DNA of 64,000 nt from an uncultured Pseudomonadota bacterium (GTDB lineage: Bacteria; Myxococcota_A; Polyangia; Fen-1088), in the NCBI GenBank assembly GCA_963819375.1, contig CAWFVU010000010.1, positions 3,332 to 67,331 of the forward strand. Direction: 5' to 3'. The notes beneath the pieces were generated by a model. It did not search any database, was not told the DNA's origin, and saw nothing but the letters and a program-made list of their open reading frames with translations. Shown one piece after another: positions 1 through 10,642 of the stretch. Each line of letters starts with the position of its first letter. The stretch's first letter is position 1. The position numbers and the translations under genes are program-made.

Positions 1-1563
1 CGCCCGAGAAGCAGGCCGCCTACGACGAGGCCTTCAAGAGGTTCAAGGCCCAGTGCGACGCGGAGAAGGTGGAGGTGCTGGCCGCCGGGCGGCCTGCACA
101 TCCTCGGCACCGAGCGGCACGAGTCGCGCCGCATCGACAACCAGCTGCGCGGCCGCGCCGGTCGCCAGGGCGATCCCGGCAGCTCGCGCTTCTACCTGTC
201 ACTCGGAAGACGACCTGATGCGCATCTTCGGCGCCGAGCGGATCACCGGGCTCATGGAGCGCCTCGGGATGGAGGAGGACGTGCCGATCGAGCACGGCCT
301 CATCAACCGCGCCATCGAGAACGCGCAGAAGAAGGTCGAGGGTCACAACTTCGACATCCGCAAGAACCTGCTCGAGTACGACGACGTCATGAACCAGCAG
401 CGCAAGACGATCTATTCGTTGCGCCGCCAGGTTCTGGAGGGGCGCTACGCGCCCGAGCCGACGGAAGAAGAAAAGAAGGCGGAGAAAGACCGGGGCATCA
501 CCAGAGACCGACGCCCCGCTGCCGACCGAGTCGGGCAAGCACACCATCGCCAGCCTCTCGTCGATGGTCCGGCCGATCCTGGCCCGCATGTGCGACGCGC
601 TGGCGGAGTCGCGCGCGCGCCGATCCGGCGGTGCCGGGCAATTTCATCGTCACCACGGTGCCCGTCAACGCGGGCCACCTCCGCTCGCTCATCTACCGCG
701 AGTGGGGCGGCTATCTCGACACCAAGGGGATCGTCGAGGATCGGACCGCCACCCTCGATCGGCTGGCCGGCGAGGTCGCCTCGTCGATGATCCAGCAGCG
801 CGAGCGGCTGCTCGATCTGAGCGAAGAGATGATTCAATCGATCATCGACGAGCACTGCCCGCCCAACTCGCACGCCGAGGATTGGGACCTCGAGGTGCTG
901 GGCACCGCGGTCAAGCAGCGCTTCAACTTCGACCCGGCGATCGACGCGCAGGGGGGCCTCGAGCGCGAGACGCTGGCCGAGTCGCTCTGGTCCGAGGTCG
1001 AGAAGGTGATCGACGCGCGAGAGACGGAATACCCGCTCTCGGTCCTCTTGCACTACGCGCGCCTCTTCTACCTCGAGGAGATCGACGAGCGCTGGATCGA
1101 GCACCTCAAGTCGATGGAGGCGCTGCGCGAGGGGATCCACCTGCGCGGCTACGGCCAGAAGGACCCCAAGCAGGAGTACAAGAAGGAAGGGTTCGTCATC
1201 TTCGGCGAGATGATGGACAACATCGGCCGCAACGTCTGCGAGAAGCTGTTCCACATGCAGCTCCAGCGCGCCGATGCGCCGGCGCCGGCAGCGGCCCCGC
1301 CCGCCGGTGCCCCTCCGTCGTCCAAGCCGCCGACCTCCGTGCCGATGACCGCAGCCCCCCGCGCGCGCAAGACGATCGAGTCCGGCGGCGGCGTCGAGCC
1401 GCCGGCCCGCGCCACGAAGGATGTTGTGAATGGCGGCGGCAACGGCGCCGAGGCAGCCAAGCCGGTCCGGCGCAACGAGCCCAAGGTGGGCCGCAACGAT
1501 CCTTGCCCCTGCGGAAGCGGGAAAAAATACAAAAAATGCCACGGCGACGTCGCCACGACGTAA
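1..1563 (+). CDS. secA: Preprotein translocase ATPase SecA, 3' part (5' end outside window; split by several indels)
   Basis: Across frames: [86 protein letters not shown] and the C-terminal SEC-C motif [19 protein letters not shown]. Frame changes near 90, 205, 510 and 620. Confidence 0.97.
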   Translation, partial: RPRSRPPTTRPSRGSRPSATRRRWRCWPPGGLHILGTERHESRRIDNQLRGRAGRQGDPGSSRFYLSLGRRPDAHLRRRADHRAHGAPRDGGGRADRARPHQPRHRERAEEGRGSQLRHPQEPARVRRRHEPAAQDDLFVAPPGSGGALRARADGRRKEGGERPGHHQRPTPRCRPSRASTPSPASRRWSGRSWPACATRWRSRARADPAVPGNFIVTTVPVNAGHLRSLIYREWGGYLDTKGIVEDRTATLDRLAGEVASSMIQQRERLLDLSEEMIQSIIDEHCPPNSHAEDWDLEVLGTAVKQRFNFDPAIDAQGGLERETLAESLWSEVEKVIDARETEYPLSVLLHYARLFYLEEIDERWIEHLKSMEALREGIHLRGYGQKDPKQEYKKEGFVIFGEMMDNIGRNVCEKLFHMQLQRADAPAPAAAPPAGAPPSSKPPTSVPMTAAPRARKTIESGGGVEPPARATKDVVNGGGNGAEAAKPVRRNEPKVGRNDPCPCGSGKKYKKCHGDVATT

Positions 1564-2770
1564 TCGCCTTCGGGCTCGCGGCGCTGGCCGTCGGGGCTGG
1601 AGCTTGCCAGGCGGACGCCGGCGACGCCGGCTGTCAGCTGACGAGTCAGGTGACGCTGCCGGGGACGCCGCTCACGCTGCTGCAAAACGCGCGGCTCGAT
1701 CAGGTCGGAGGCGAATACTTCCTGCTGGGGAGCGAAACGACCAGCGAAGGCACCCGCGTCCGCTGGGGGGCGGTGAGCGCCGCAGGCGCGCTCACCGGCG
1801 AAGGGGCCTATGCGCTGCCGCCCGGCGTCTCCAGCGCCTACTTCGCCGTCGCCGGCGCACAGGCGCCCAACGATACGGTGCTCGTCGGTTACCTCGGGAC
1901 GGACGCCGCCAGCGGAGGCGGCGGCCTGGCCGTCATTGCGGTCCCCGCCGACGGATCTCAGCCCGGCGCGGCGGCGCGCACGGTCGTGACCTTTCCAGGC
2001 GGCATCCCCGCCCCGTTGTCGGTGGCGATGCTCTCCTCGCGGAAGGGGATGAACGCCGGGCTCGCTTGGGTCGACGACGGGGCCCAGCAGGTGATGCTCG
2101 CAACTCTCGACGGAACCGCGGCGAGGACTGTTCCGGTCGCCGTCTCCCCCTCTTCGGGGGCCCCCTTCTCCTGTCTCGCGTTTTCCCCGGCAAGGACGAT
2201 TTGACCGTCATCTACTACGCCGGGACCACCGCGCTCACGAACCACCCATCGGCCTGGGTCATCGCCGAGGCGAACGAAGCGGGCTCGGTCGATTCGACCA
2301 CCGTGCTCGGCCTTGGTCGTCCTCCCGGCGATGAGTGCGCTCTCGTGTCGCCAACCGCCACCGGGTACGGCATCACCTGGCACGACACCGAGGGGGCCTG
2401 GCTGGCCGAGTTCGTCTCGCAGGGAATGTCGCTCTCCATGTCGTATCCCTACGCTTCGGCCGCCGGGTTTGGCGGCTCGGATCTGCAGCCGCCCCTGGTG
2501 GGGCTGGCGCCTTTCGGAGACGACTTCGGCGTGCTGCTGGCGCGTCCGTTGGACGTCGAGCTCTGGCGGGTCGACGACATGGGGAACCGTCGGCCGGGGG
2601 CGCTCATCTTCCCCTCGATCAACGGGAACTTCGGGAGCGTGTCGGCGCTGCCCCCTTCGCCGGCGATGGCGGGCGGCTCTCTGGTCGCGACCTACGCCGA
2701 CTATTCCACCCCGGCGGGTGCCTCCGTGCCGGTTGGCGGCAGGCTGTTCGTCAACGCGGCATGTCAGTAG
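1536..2770 (+). CDS. Hypothetical lipoprotein (frameshift near 2190)
   Basis: ATG at 1536 gives [24 protein letters not shown] (basic N-region, hydrophobic core, lipobox Cys). Continues in the second frame ([13 protein letters not shown]) at a C homopolymer to TAG 2770. Confidence 0.7.
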
Positions 2771-2773
2771 CGT

Positions 2774-2799
2774 GGAATAACCAGCAGCGCGCGGCGGTT
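2774..2799 (+). promoter_or_regulatory. Putative ECF sigma promoter GGAAT-N18-GTT upstream of the ECF sigma gene
   Basis: GGAAT at 2774-2778, 18-nt spacer, GTT at 2797-2799. Matches the SigR/SigH-type promoter consensus and lies 25 nt before the sigma ATG. Confidence 0.55.
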
Positions 2800-2824
2800 T
2801 TCACAGTCAGGTGAACGGAAACCG

Positions 2825-3487
2825 ATGAAAAGGCGACCTCTAGCAGTCGATTTCGAGCGGGAGGCGCTCCCGCATCTGAGCGCGCTTTACGCGGCCGCGC
2901 TGCGCATGACGCGCAACGAAAAGGATGCCGAGGACCTGGTTCAGGACGCCTTGCTCCGGGCCTACCGGTTTTTCGACACCTTCCAGCCGGGCACCAACTG
3001 CAAGGCGTGGCTGTTCCGGATCCTCACCAACGTCTTCTGCAACAACTACCGCGATCGCGAGCGCGAGCATGTCGTCCTGACCGAGGCGGAGTCGTCCCCG
3101 GCCAACCTCGAGCAATTCGTCGGCGGCGGTGCCGATGACGGGCGCGACATCGAGACGGCCCTGCTCGGTCGTATGGTCTCCGCTGACGTCGAAAAGGCGC
3201 TGGCGGCGGTCCCCTCCGACTTCCGGATGGCGGTCATTCTGGCCGACCTGGAAGACTTCTCGTACAAGGAGATCGCGGAGATCATGGACTGCCCGGCGGG
3301 GACGGTCATGAGCCGGCTCTTTCGCGGCCGAAAGATCCTGCAGGGCCTCCTGCACGACTACGCGGTCGAGCAGGGGATCATCCAACCTCAGGCCAATGTG
3401 GGCGACGGCGACGGCGCGGCGCCGGTCGACATGGCCGCCTACCGGCGACGGCGCGACCAGGGCCAGGGCAGCGGAGGCGCCTCGTGA
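2825..3487 (+). CDS. ECF RNA polymerase sigma factor (SigR/SigH-like; RpoE1-like)
   Basis: Region 2 ([29 protein letters not shown]) and region 4 ([25 protein letters not shown]). Followed by an anti-sigma and frzS, as for M. xanthus rpoE1. Confidence 0.93.
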   Translation: MKRRPLAVDFEREALPHLSALYAAALRMTRNEKDAEDLVQDALLRAYRFFDTFQPGTNCKAWLFRILTNVFCNNYRDREREHVVLTEAESSPANLEQFVGGGADDGRDIETALLGRMVSADVEKALAAVPSDFRMAVILADLEDFSYKEIAEIMDCPAGTVMSRLFRGRKILQGLLHDYAVEQGIIQPQANVGDGDGAAPVDMAAYRRRRDQGQGSGGAS

Positions 3488-4242
3488 GCTGCGCGAATCT
3501 CAGCGCCTCGGTTCAGGCGTACGTCGATCGCGAGTTGGCCGGTTTCGATCGCGAGGCGGTCGAGCGGCATCTGGCGAGCTGTCCCAGCTGCGCCAGGCAG
3601 GTCCACCTCGAGGGGCGATTCAAGGCGGCGGTGCGGGCGCACCTCCCCCGACCCGAGGTCCCCCTGGCGCTCAGGCTGCGGGTCAAGGAAGCCCTGGCGA
3701 CACAGGAGATCGCGCCGCGTCGCTGGCCGTGGCTCTCTTATCCACGCCTCGTTCCCGCGGCGGCGGCCTTCCTGCTGATCGTCGGGATCACCGGCACGGT
3801 CCGCCAGTCGCAGTCGATGGTGCTCCAGCAGGCGCAGCGCAGCTATCAGGCCGAGATGCCGATGGACATCACCGGCTCGGACTGCGGGTCGATCGCCTCC
3901 TGGTTCCGCGGTCGGGTCGACTTTCCCGTGCACGCCCCGGCGCTCGGCGGCGGTGCGACCTGTCAGGGAGGGCGCCTGGTCAACGTGGGTGAGCGTCCGG
4001 CCGCCTATCTGCTCTACCGCGGCCCCACCGGGCATCGGGTGGCGTTGCTGGTCTTCGATCCGCGCGACCAGGCCTTCGACGGGCCGGAGCGCCGGGTGAT
4101 CAATGGCCGCGAGATCTACATCGGGAGCGGTCCCGGCATCTCGACCGCCACCTACCGCGACCGCGGCCTCGGCTATGTCGTGACGGCTGACCTCGACGAG
4201 GAAGCGCTGACCCGATTGGTCACCACCTCCTTCGGCCGGTAG
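3484..4242 (+). CDS. Zinc-binding (zf-HC2) transmembrane anti-sigma factor
   Basis: N-terminal Cys plus HLASCPSC (HxxxCxxC), one TM helix and a periplasmic domain. GTGA overlap with the sigma stop. Confidence 0.88.
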   Translation: MSCANLSASVQAYVDRELAGFDREAVERHLASCPSCARQVHLEGRFKAAVRAHLPRPEVPLALRLRVKEALATQEIAPRRWPWLSYPRLVPAAAAFLLIVGITGTVRQSQSMVLQQAQRSYQAEMPMDITGSDCGSIASWFRGRVDFPVHAPALGGGATCQGGRLVNVGERPAAYLLYRGPTGHRVALLVFDPRDQAFDGPERRVINGREIYIGSGPGISTATYRDRGLGYVVTADLDEEALTRLVTTSFGR

Positions 4243-4434
4243 CCCGCCCGCCCTCCATTTTGGATTGATCGGGTCGAGCGCGGCCGGGCTTTGCCCGGTG
4301 GAGCTCATCGCCTCGCGGGGCCGACGGGACGGCGCGGGACCCTTTCAGGGTCCGGAATCTGATATCATAACGGCCCCTTCGCTTCATTGCGAAGGTCGGG
4401 CGCTCTTTGAGCGCTCCGTCTCAGAGGAGGCGAG

Positions 4435-6957
4435 ATGGCCGACCGAATTGCGCTGTGCATCGAACCCGACGCCACCACCGCGGACCAGATCCGCCGGCTG
4501 CTCGCGCCGAACGGCTTTCAGGTCAAGAACATCCCGAGCGGCGATGACGCCATGGAGTGGGGCCGCTCCCACAAGCCCGCCGTCATCGTGCTCTCCGTCG
4601 AGCCGAAGAAGGTCGGCTACGCGATCTGCAACAAGCTTCGGCGGAGCCCCAGCCTCCGCGAGGTGCCGCTGCTGCTCATCTCCGCGGAGGAGACGCCGGC
4701 GACCTTCGAGCAGCACCGCAAGCTGAAGTCGCGCGCCGACGAGTACATGTTGAAGCCGCTCGACGGCCAGGATCTCCTGCTCAAGGTCGGTGGCCTCTTG
4801 AAGCTGAATCTTTCGGCCCCGGCCGCCGATGACGACGAGGTGCACGAACTGGACGCGGATTCGGACATCGTGATGGCCGACGACGACGACATCGAGGTCG
4901 TCAGCAGCGCCTCGACCGACGAGGCGGACGAAGCGGACGGCGAGGAGAAGACGCTGGCCGTCGACCCCGACAACTACGGGATCGTGGCGGAGAGCGCCAA
5001 CGCGCGCGACACCTCCGAACAGCACGTCCTGCCGGACGACAGCGTCCCCAACACCCCGTTCGAGGGGGAGAAGTTCGATCCGGAGACCCAGGCGGCCTTC
5101 GCGGCGCTGGAGGCAGGATCGCCCGAGAACGCACCGCCGAGCGGCGACATGGTCGATCTGCGGAACCTCTGGTCCGACGACGACCTGCCGCCGAACCTGG
5201 CCTGGGAGAAGCCGCCGGGCGAGGTGAACGGGGCGACGGCCGCGGCGCCGCCCGCCAGCTCGGAGGCCGTTCCCGAAGCGACCGGCTTCGATCCCGACGT
5301 CTACCGGACCGGGGAGACGCTGGGCCCGGAGCCGCTGGTCTCCGACGCGCTGCTCGCCTCGGCGCTGCACAACGCGCCCACGAACGAGCATGACGTGCCA
5401 CCGGCACCCGACGAGATCGCCTTCGAGGACGTCTCGACCGAGGCGAGCGGGCGGGTCATCTCCGAGAGCTTCGGTGCGCCGGGCGTCGACGAAGGGCGCC
5501 TGCGCGAGGCCGAGGCGCGCAACACGGAGCTGGAGGCGCGGATTCACTCGCTGGAGAACGAGCGGCAGACGCTGCGCAAGGAGATCGAGGAGGCGCGCGA
5601 GCGGTTCACGCAATCGGCCACCTTCTCCAAGGAGCGTGAGTTCCTCGGCCTGCGGGAGATCATCAACAAGAAAGAGAAGGACATCCTCGATCTGCGCGAC
5701 GCGCTCGACGCCAAGGAGCGGCAGATCCTCGACCACAAGGACAAGATCCGCGAGCTCGACCGGGCCCGGCGCGATCTCGAGGAGAGCACGATCGGTTTCG
5801 AGCGGAGCCTGGTGGCCGCCAACGAGAAGGTCGCCGAGCTGGGGCAGGACCGCGAGAAGTCGGCCGAGCGCGAGAAGGGGCTGAAGGCGCGTCTCGACGA
5901 CGCGCACGTCGAGCTGCGCAAGGCGCACGACGAGGTCGACGCGATCAAGAAGCGCGCGGTTCAGGACGAGGCGCGTGCCCGCGCCGAGACCGACCGGCTG
6001 CGTGGCGAGATGGAGACCCGGCTCGGGGAGCAGGAGGAGGCGCACCGGGCCGAGACGGCGGGTCTGTCCGACGAGCATGGCCAGGCCATGGCCTCGGCGG
6101 AGGGGGCGCGGCAGGCGGAGCTGGCGCGTCTCGAGAGCGCGCATCGGAGCGAGGTCGAGGGATTGCAGCGGCGCCTCACCGAGGAGCAGGCCCAGGCGGG
6201 CGAGCGGCTCTCGAACGAGGTGGCCAAGCTCCGCAAGGAGCACGAGAAGGCCATCGCCGCGGCGCGCGACGAGCAGGCGATCCAGCTGGCCTCGGAGCGC
6301 CAGTCGTACGAGGCGCTGGCGGAGCAGAAGGAGCGCGACCACCGCAACGAGATCCTGGGGATGCGCCGCCGCCACGAAGAGGAGGCGCTGGCCGCCGAAG
6401 AGCGCCGGCAGCGTGACATCGCCGAGCAAGAGGCGCGGCGAATTTCCGAGCTGGAGGCCGCCGAGACCCGGCGCCGCACCGAGCTGACCTCCCGCGACGA
6501 GGATCACCACGTGCGGGTCACCGAGATCGAGCGCCGCCACCTGACCGAGAAGACCGATCTCACCGAGAAGCACCGCACCGATTACGACCAGGCGCTCGGT
6601 CGCGCAGCACGCGCGGAGGGGGAGCTGGCGGCGCGGGTGCAGGAGATCGAGCAAGCCTACCGGCGCCTCGCCGGGGTGGAGGCGGACGTCGACGCGACGC
6701 GCGCCGAGCTCGGCAACCGGGACGTGCGGTTGGCGCAGTCGCGCGATCGCATCGCGGAGCTGGAGGGCAAGGTGGCCGACTACGAGGACCAGATCGTGCG
6801 GGCCTTCCAGCGCATTCGTTCGGATGACAAGACGGCCGAGAAGACCCGCCGCGCGCTGGCCGTTGCGCTGGCGCTGATCGACGAGCGTGCGCCCGCGCCT
6901 GCAGCGCCAGCCGCCGCCTCGCGGCCGCCTGCGGATGAGCCGGAGCTCAAGACCTAG
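4435..6957 (+). CDS. frzS: FrzS-like social-motility protein: pseudo-receiver, acidic linker, long coiled coil
   Basis: Receiver fold with the phospho-Asp replaced (VIVLSVE) and FEQHRKLKSRADEYMLKP, which resembles the FrzS receiver as I recall it. About 480 aa of coiled coil. Downstream of the ECF/anti-sigma pair. Confidence 0.75.
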   Translation: MADRIALCIEPDATTADQIRRLLAPNGFQVKNIPSGDDAMEWGRSHKPAVIVLSVEPKKVGYAICNKLRRSPSLREVPLLLISAEETPATFEQHRKLKSRADEYMLKPLDGQDLLLKVGGLLKLNLSAPAADDDEVHELDADSDIVMADDDDIEVVSSASTDEADEADGEEKTLAVDPDNYGIVAESANARDTSEQHVLPDDSVPNTPFEGEKFDPETQAAFAALEAGSPENAPPSGDMVDLRNLWSDDDLPPNLAWEKPPGEVNGATAAAPPASSEAVPEATGFDPDVYRTGETLGPEPLVSDALLASALHNAPTNEHDVPPAPDEIAFEDVSTEASGRVISESFGAPGVDEGRLREAEARNTELEARIHSLENERQTLRKEIEEARERFTQSATFSKEREFLGLREIINKKEKDILDLRDALDAKERQILDHKDKIRELDRARRDLEESTIGFERSLVAANEKVAELGQDREKSAEREKGLKARLDDAHVELRKAHDEVDAIKKRAVQDEARARAETDRLRGEMETRLGEQEEAHRAETAGLSDEHGQAMASAEGARQAELARLESAHRSEVEGLQRRLTEEQAQAGERLSNEVAKLRKEHEKAIAAARDEQAIQLASERQSYEALAEQKERDHRNEILGMRRRHEEEALAAEERRQRDIAEQEARRISELEAAETRRRTELTSRDEDHHVRVTEIERRHLTEKTDLTEKHRTDYDQALGRAARAEGELAARVQEIEQAYRRLAGVEADVDATRAELGNRDVRLAQSRDRIAELEGKVADYEDQIVRAFQRIRSDDKTAEKTRRALAVALALIDERAPAPAAPAAASRPPADEPELKT

Positions 6958-7076
6958 CCCTGACCGCCCTCGAGAGGTCGTGTGGAGGAAGCTCGGCCGT
7001 GACCTCGCCAAGAGGGCGTGGGCGGCGGTCCGAGGTTGACGATCGCCCACGAGGCCCGTAACGTCGCCGACGCGGC

Positions 7077-8147
7077 ATGCGCGTCACGGCGAACCAGGTC
7101 ACTTCGGCCCGCCTGCTCGCGATGCCGCTGGTCGGCTGGCTGATCTACGGCGGCCCCACGACGCAGGCCATCGGCGTCGCCATCGGCACCCTGATCGGGC
7201 TGACCGACACGGTTGACGGGTACCTCGCGCGCAAGCACGGCCCGACGGTCTTGGGGTCGCTGCTCGATCCGGTGGCGGACAAGATCTTCATCGTCGTCTG
7301 CTACGGCTGCTTCGCCGATCGCGGGGGGATCCCCTGGTGGATCGCGGCGGCGATCTTCTCGCGCGAGTTCCTGGTGACCGTGTTGCGTTCGAGCCTGGAG
7401 CTCGGCGGCCAGCGCCTTCCGAGCACCGGCATCGCCAAGGTGAAGACCTGGGTCCAGATGTTGGCCTTTGGGTTCCTGGTCCTGATTCCGCTCATCGGCT
7501 CGGGACGCGGTCTGCGGGTGCTGTTCGCGGCGCCGTTCGCCTTCGCGCTGCTTGTTCTCGCCACGCGACCGCTGTCGGGGATCTCGGGTGTCTACCGACG
7601 GGGGTTCGAGATCGCCGCGGTGGCGCTGATTCCATTCGTCGGAGCGTCGTTCGTCGGCGCCGGGGCGGTCGAGAAGCTGCTGATCGCCGCGGTCGTCTTC
7701 ATCACCTGGTTCAGCGCGCTCGACTACCTCAAGTTCGGCTTTCCAGCGGTCGCCCGCGCAGCCTCGCACCGCCTGCTGCACTGGCTGCGCCTCGGCGCCG
7801 GCGCGCTCCTGCCGATCGGGGTGATGGCGGCCCTCGCCACCCACCGCCTGCCGACGATCCCGCTCATCATCCTTTTGGCCAGCGACATGGCCCGCGGCGC
7901 GCTCGACAACTTTGCCGCCAACCAGGGGGTCGCCGACTTCTCCTGGGCGGCGAGCATGGCGGGCGAGCTGGCCTTGCTGGCGGCGGCGCTGGTTTTCCCG
8001 CTGGCGGGCAGCCATCTCAGCATCGTGGCGGCGGTGGTCGCCGTGACGGAGACGCTGCGCAGCCTGGTCAAGTACCTGCGCGCTCCCACGCGGCCGGCGC
8101 CGGCGCCGTTCAGCGGGCCTACTTCTTCCGTCCCTGAAAGGCGCTGA
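7077..8147 (+). CDS. CDP-alcohol phosphatidyltransferase (PgsA-like, with extended membrane C-terminus)
   Basis: ANQVTSAR...TDTVDGYLARKHGPTVLGSLLDPVADK, the DxxDGxxAR..GxxxDxxxD motif. Many TM helices; 356 aa. Confidence 0.85.
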   Translation: MRVTANQVTSARLLAMPLVGWLIYGGPTTQAIGVAIGTLIGLTDTVDGYLARKHGPTVLGSLLDPVADKIFIVVCYGCFADRGGIPWWIAAAIFSREFLVTVLRSSLELGGQRLPSTGIAKVKTWVQMLAFGFLVLIPLIGSGRGLRVLFAAPFAFALLVLATRPLSGISGVYRRGFEIAAVALIPFVGASFVGAGAVEKLLIAAVVFITWFSALDYLKFGFPAVARAASHRLLHWLRLGAGALLPIGVMAALATHRLPTIPLIILLASDMARGALDNFAANQGVADFSWAASMAGELALLAAALVFPLAGSHLSIVAAVVAVTETLRSLVKYLRAPTRPAPAPFSGPTSSVPERR

Positions 8148-9273
8148 CCATGGTCTCCGTCAGCACGCGCAAGCGGCTGTAGGCGAGCGGAAGGCGTCCC
8201 GGCGTGCCGGCCCGCAGCTCCGCTTCGATGGCCTGCTCGACGCGGCGGGCGAAGATGCGATCGCGGCAGAAGACGTCGACCTCTTCGTAGCCCCCGTGCG
8301 AGAGCCGGGTGAAGTTCGTGGAGCCGAGGTCGACCCACTCACCGTCGCCGACGATCGCCTTGCCGTGCACCATGCTCGGGTGCAGGACCAGACGCAGGTT
8401 GTCCGGGCTGCCGGTGCGGCGCAGGAGCTCGGCGCAGGCCGCCAGGTTCAGGTCGCCCCCCACGTTGGCCCGCGCGGCGGTCAGCAGCGTCACCGAGACC
8501 CCGCGCTTGACCGCATCGCACAGCGCATCGGTCGCGGTCGGGTCGCCCAGGTAGGCCATGGCGATCGTCAGCCGCTCGCGCGCACCGGCGAGGAGGTCGA
8601 GGCGCTGCGCCGAGAGCGACTCCCCGGTACGCGCGGCGCCGCGAAAGGAGTGAAGCAGGTAGTCGAACGGCCGGGCGGCGTCGAAGCGGGCCCGCCCTTC
8701 ATAGCGGTCGGCCAGCCGCTCCGCCGCATCACCACCGGCGATCTCCACCATGAAGTCGACGTTGACGTCACGGAAGTCGTCGCCGATCCCCATTCCCCCC
8801 AGGATCACCGTCTCGTCGTCGAACTGGTAGAGCTTGGCGTGGTCGAATCGCTTCTCGGTCACGAAGTGGACCTTGGGGTGAGCCAGCAGCGCCGCGCTGA
8901 GCTCGCTCGGGCTCTGGCGCAGGGAGCCCCAGCGGCCGTAGAACGTCATCAGGAAGAAGAGCTGAACGCGGGCGTGCAGGTTGATCTTCTTGTGGAAGAA
9001 GCTCTGCTTGGTCGCCTCCAAGTGCTCGTAGTAGCCGCCGATGCGGTCCTTCAGGATCGACACCTGGACGCCCCGGTCGGCCGCCGCCAGGAGGGCGCGG
9101 GCGATCGAGCGCCCGGCCTCGTCGTCCCGCCACTCGAAGCAGCGAACCATGATGCTGTGACGGGCCTCCCCGATCCGGCTCAGGATCCGGTCGTAGGCAA
9201 CTTTGCCGCCGGACAGCAACTCGAACGTCGCGCCCTCGGCCGGCGACGCAACCGGCAAGCTCGTCAACGACAT
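8119..9273 (-). CDS. Phospholipase D / cardiolipin synthase-like enzyme
   Basis: Two HKD motifs, HAKLYQFD and HGKAIVGD..GSTN, plus a Cls-like segment ARALLAAADRGVQVSILKDRIG. Likely ATG at 9273. Confidence 0.88.
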   Translation of the reverse strand: MSLTSLPVASPAEGATFELLSGGKVAYDRILSRIGEARHSIMVRCFEWRDDEAGRSIARALLAAADRGVQVSILKDRIGGYYEHLEATKQSFFHKKINLHARVQLFFLMTFYGRWGSLRQSPSELSAALLAHPKVHFVTEKRFDHAKLYQFDDETVILGGMGIGDDFRDVNVDFMVEIAGGDAAERLADRYEGRARFDAARPFDYLLHSFRGAARTGESLSAQRLDLLAGARERLTIAMAYLGDPTATDALCDAVKRGVSVTLLTAARANVGGDLNLAACAELLRRTGSPDNLRLVLHPSMVHGKAIVGDGEWVDLGSTNFTRLSHGGYEEVDVFCRDRIFARRVEQAIEAELRAGTPGRLPLAYSRLRVLTETMVSAFQGRKK

Positions 9274-9355
9274 CGGGCCGCGCACTTTAGCGTAGGCCCT
9301 CCGGGCTCGCAATCGAGGCTGTGCTCGAGCTTGCGGCGTTGTCCCACCCGTGGCC

Positions 9356-10117
9356 TCACGCGCGGGTCACCTCGCTGGCCCAGGCTCGGTAGCGGGCATA
9401 AAAGGCCCGCTTCTCCTCGGGATAAATCGGAATCCATCCCGTAACCGTGTAGCCGAGCATCCAGAAGAACAGCACGTCGAAGACGTAGTTGCGGGCGAAG
9501 AAGACCGCCGCCAACACCGTGACCAGCGCCGAGAGGACCAGCAGCCGGACGTGGAGCTGCATCTTTCGCTTTCCCCGGTGCGTCATGTACGGGATGGGAA
9601 GTAGGTTGAGCACCGAGAAGGCGGTGACGAGGAGCGCCCCCACCAGATAGCGGGCCGGGTTCATCGCGAAGAAGAAGTGCGACAGCACGTAGGCCATGCC
9701 GCCGTACCCGCTCACGGTGCGCGGCAGACCGCAGTACATCAGCGGATCGCCCATCTTGGCGGTGGAGAACAGCGCCTGACGCACGGTCGCGCAGGTGATG
9801 ACGACCGACATCAGCGCGATCCCCGCCGCGCCGTGTCCCCCCTGGGCGTACACGGCGTAGACGATGACGCCCGGGGCGATGCCCTGGACGAAGTGGTCGG
9901 TCGCCGTGTCGAGCTCGCTGCCGAACTGGTTCGACGTCTTCGTCATCCGCGCCACCGGGCCGTCCAGCGTGTCGCCCAGCAGGTACCCGACCAGGAGCGC
10001 CGTCCCGGCGGCCAGCGGATCTCCCTGCATGGCGAAGACGATGGCGAAGACGCCGCCCAGGAGGTTGACCAGCGTGAAAAGATCTTTGACCCCGAAAGGC
10101 CCGATGTTCCTGCGCAT
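9356..10117 (-). CDS. CDP-alcohol phosphatidyltransferase (PssA/Pcs-like)
   Basis: DLFTLVNLLGG; GDTLDGPVARMTKTSNQFGSELDTATD; YCGLP. Polytopic membrane protein. Confidence 0.85.
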   Translation of the reverse strand: MRRNIGPFGVKDLFTLVNLLGGVFAIVFAMQGDPLAAGTALLVGYLLGDTLDGPVARMTKTSNQFGSELDTATDHFVQGIAPGVIVYAVYAQGGHGAAGIALMSVVITCATVRQALFSTAKMGDPLMYCGLPRTVSGYGGMAYVLSHFFFAMNPARYLVGALLVTAFSVLNLLPIPYMTHRGKRKMQLHVRLLVLSALVTVLAAVFFARNYVFDVLFFWMLGYTVTGWIPIYPEEKRAFYARYRAWASEVTRA

Positions 10118-10234
10118 TTTCGAGGCGCACACTATCAGGTCTCGACGACCGAAGGGGCCCGCGCAAGGGCCTGCGAAGGCGCCCGTCGCCCCGTCGCCTC
10201 ATGATACGGTGGTCGTTCGGGAGGCACGCGCAGG

Positions 10235-10642
10235 ATGGCCGGACGCTACGGAATGAGCTTCGCAGCGAAGATGATCCAGGAGGGGAAGTACGCCGAGGCG
10301 ATCGAGGAGGCCACGCGCGCCGTGGCGCGAGACGAGGAAGATCCCGCGCCGCTGGTCGAACGGGCGAGCGCCTACGCCTGGCTCGAGCGCTATCCCGAGG
10401 CGGTGAAGGATCTCGAGGCGGCGATCGCGCTCGACGAGACGGCCGGCGTGCTCGAGACCGACGTGGTCGACGACGCCTACTTCAGCGCGCTGCTCGGCGC
10501 GGCGAAGCTCGAGGCGCGGACCTCGTTGCCGGCCGCGACCCAGACGCTGGCGCGCTACGAGACGATTTTGCCGGGCGGGCGCCACCTGGCCGACGCCGCG
10601 GCGTGGCCCGACCGTTTGCGAACGGCGAGCGGCGGGACGTGA
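10235..10642 (+). CDS. Small TPR-repeat protein
   Basis: GKYAEAIEEATRAV...ERASAYAWLERYPEAVKDLEAAIALD, a TPR pattern. Confidence 0.75.
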   Translation: MAGRYGMSFAAKMIQEGKYAEAIEEATRAVARDEEDPAPLVERASAYAWLERYPEAVKDLEAAIALDETAGVLETDVVDDAYFSALLGAAKLEARTSLPAATQTLARYETILPGGRHLADAAAWPDRLRTASGGT

